From Cyanophora paradoxa CCMP329 (taxonomy: Eukaryota; Plantae; Glaucophyta), in NCBI GenBank assembly GCA_004431415.1, contig QPMI01000243.1, forward strand, positions 44,649-108,648: a stretch of 64,000 bases of DNA. Reading direction: 5' to 3'. A program made the translations under genes and the position numbers. The notes beneath the pieces are model-generated. The model was not told the origin of the DNA and did not search any database. It saw nothing but the letters and a program-made list of their open reading frames with translations. This document shows positions 63,401-64,000 of the stretch, piece by piece. Within the stretch, counting starts at the first letter, position 1; each line of letters opens with the position of its first letter.

Positions 63401-63803
63401 CCGCTTCCTGCAGGGCGCGCCCCGCGGCGGGGGCTGGAGGCGGGGCGCTGAGGGCGGGCGGGGCGGCAGGGATGGCGGAGGTGGCGATCCCGGCGGACGT
63501 GCTCGAGGAGCTCCACGCCGAGGAGGCCGCCGTCCGCCCCGCCCCCGCCCCGCTGCCCCGCCACCCCCCTCACCGCCCCCGCCCCAGCGCGCCGCCGCCG
63601 AGGCGGCGAGGGCGGCCGCGGCGGCGGCCGGCGGGGCGGGCCTGGTGCGGCGGCGGAGCAGCGCGGATCGGCACCCGGGGCCCGGGGGGCGGAGGAAGAG
63701 CGGGCACGCGAACGCAAACCCGAACTCGCCATCCCGCCGGGGCAGCTCCCTCGCCCCGGCGCCTTCCGCCGGCGCCCCACCGGCCTCTCCCAGGCCAGCC
63801 TAG
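60457..63803 (+). CDS. Coiled-coil protein with C3HC4 RING finger (putative E3 ligase)
   Basis: LSCPACGS|VLLKARLLQPCGHTFCKSC...CPTC after a long coiled coil; 3' end approximate. Confidence 0.7.
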
Positions 63804-64000
63804 GCTCTAGTCGCCTGGGCAGACCCTCCCTTCGGCTTGGCAGCCCGCCGCCGGAGTCATTGCGGACCGCCGCGCTTGGGCTCGAGCTCGAGCTCGAGCT
63901 CGAGCCTCCGAGGCTAGACTCCGAGCCGTCAATTTGCCGGTTCCGAGCGCGGCGTCAATGCCATCGTCGCGATTTGATGCCTTCCGAGCGCGCGAAGCGC

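Overview
Gene-dense, GC-rich eukaryotic nuclear DNA with many short (~55-90 nt) spliceosomal introns. The plastid ferredoxin-NADP+ reductase gene (petH, 21834-23345), with an MAFV-type transit peptide, matches my recollection of the Cyanophora paradoxa FNR, so the source is most likely a glaucophyte. About 21 spliced genes can be rebuilt by eye, mostly as head-to-head pairs. They include a PX-BAR sorting nexin, LRRC45, a Cu/Zn-SOD-like protein, MED24/MED5, petH, EIPR1/TSSC1, SPIRAL1-like, CDKN3, a CEP164-like WW/IQ protein, BBOF1, F-box/kelch, RCC1, ICT1/ArfB, a possible mL80 and a RING protein. Three genes stand out. (1) A ~13.4 kb gene for a Cys-less pentameric ligand-gated ion channel subunit fused to a very large, triplicated adhesin-type Ig-like ectodomain, with an RRRAL motif before the channel and Ser at the M2 9' gate. 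(2) An ARL13-like degenerate GTPase joined by a long coiled coil to a catalytically degenerate glutathione-synthetase domain. (3) A SOD-fold protein with a bipartite plastid/lumen presequence that lacks a Cu ligand, the catalytic Arg and the disulfide. Also present: a ~1 kb local duplication, an importin-5 pseudogene with a 70-bp micro-inversion, a MITE upstream of petH, a perfect 27-bp hairpin and many GC-AG introns. Gene models are manual and family assignments come from motif recognition, not database searches; feature coordinates span the whole gene including introns.
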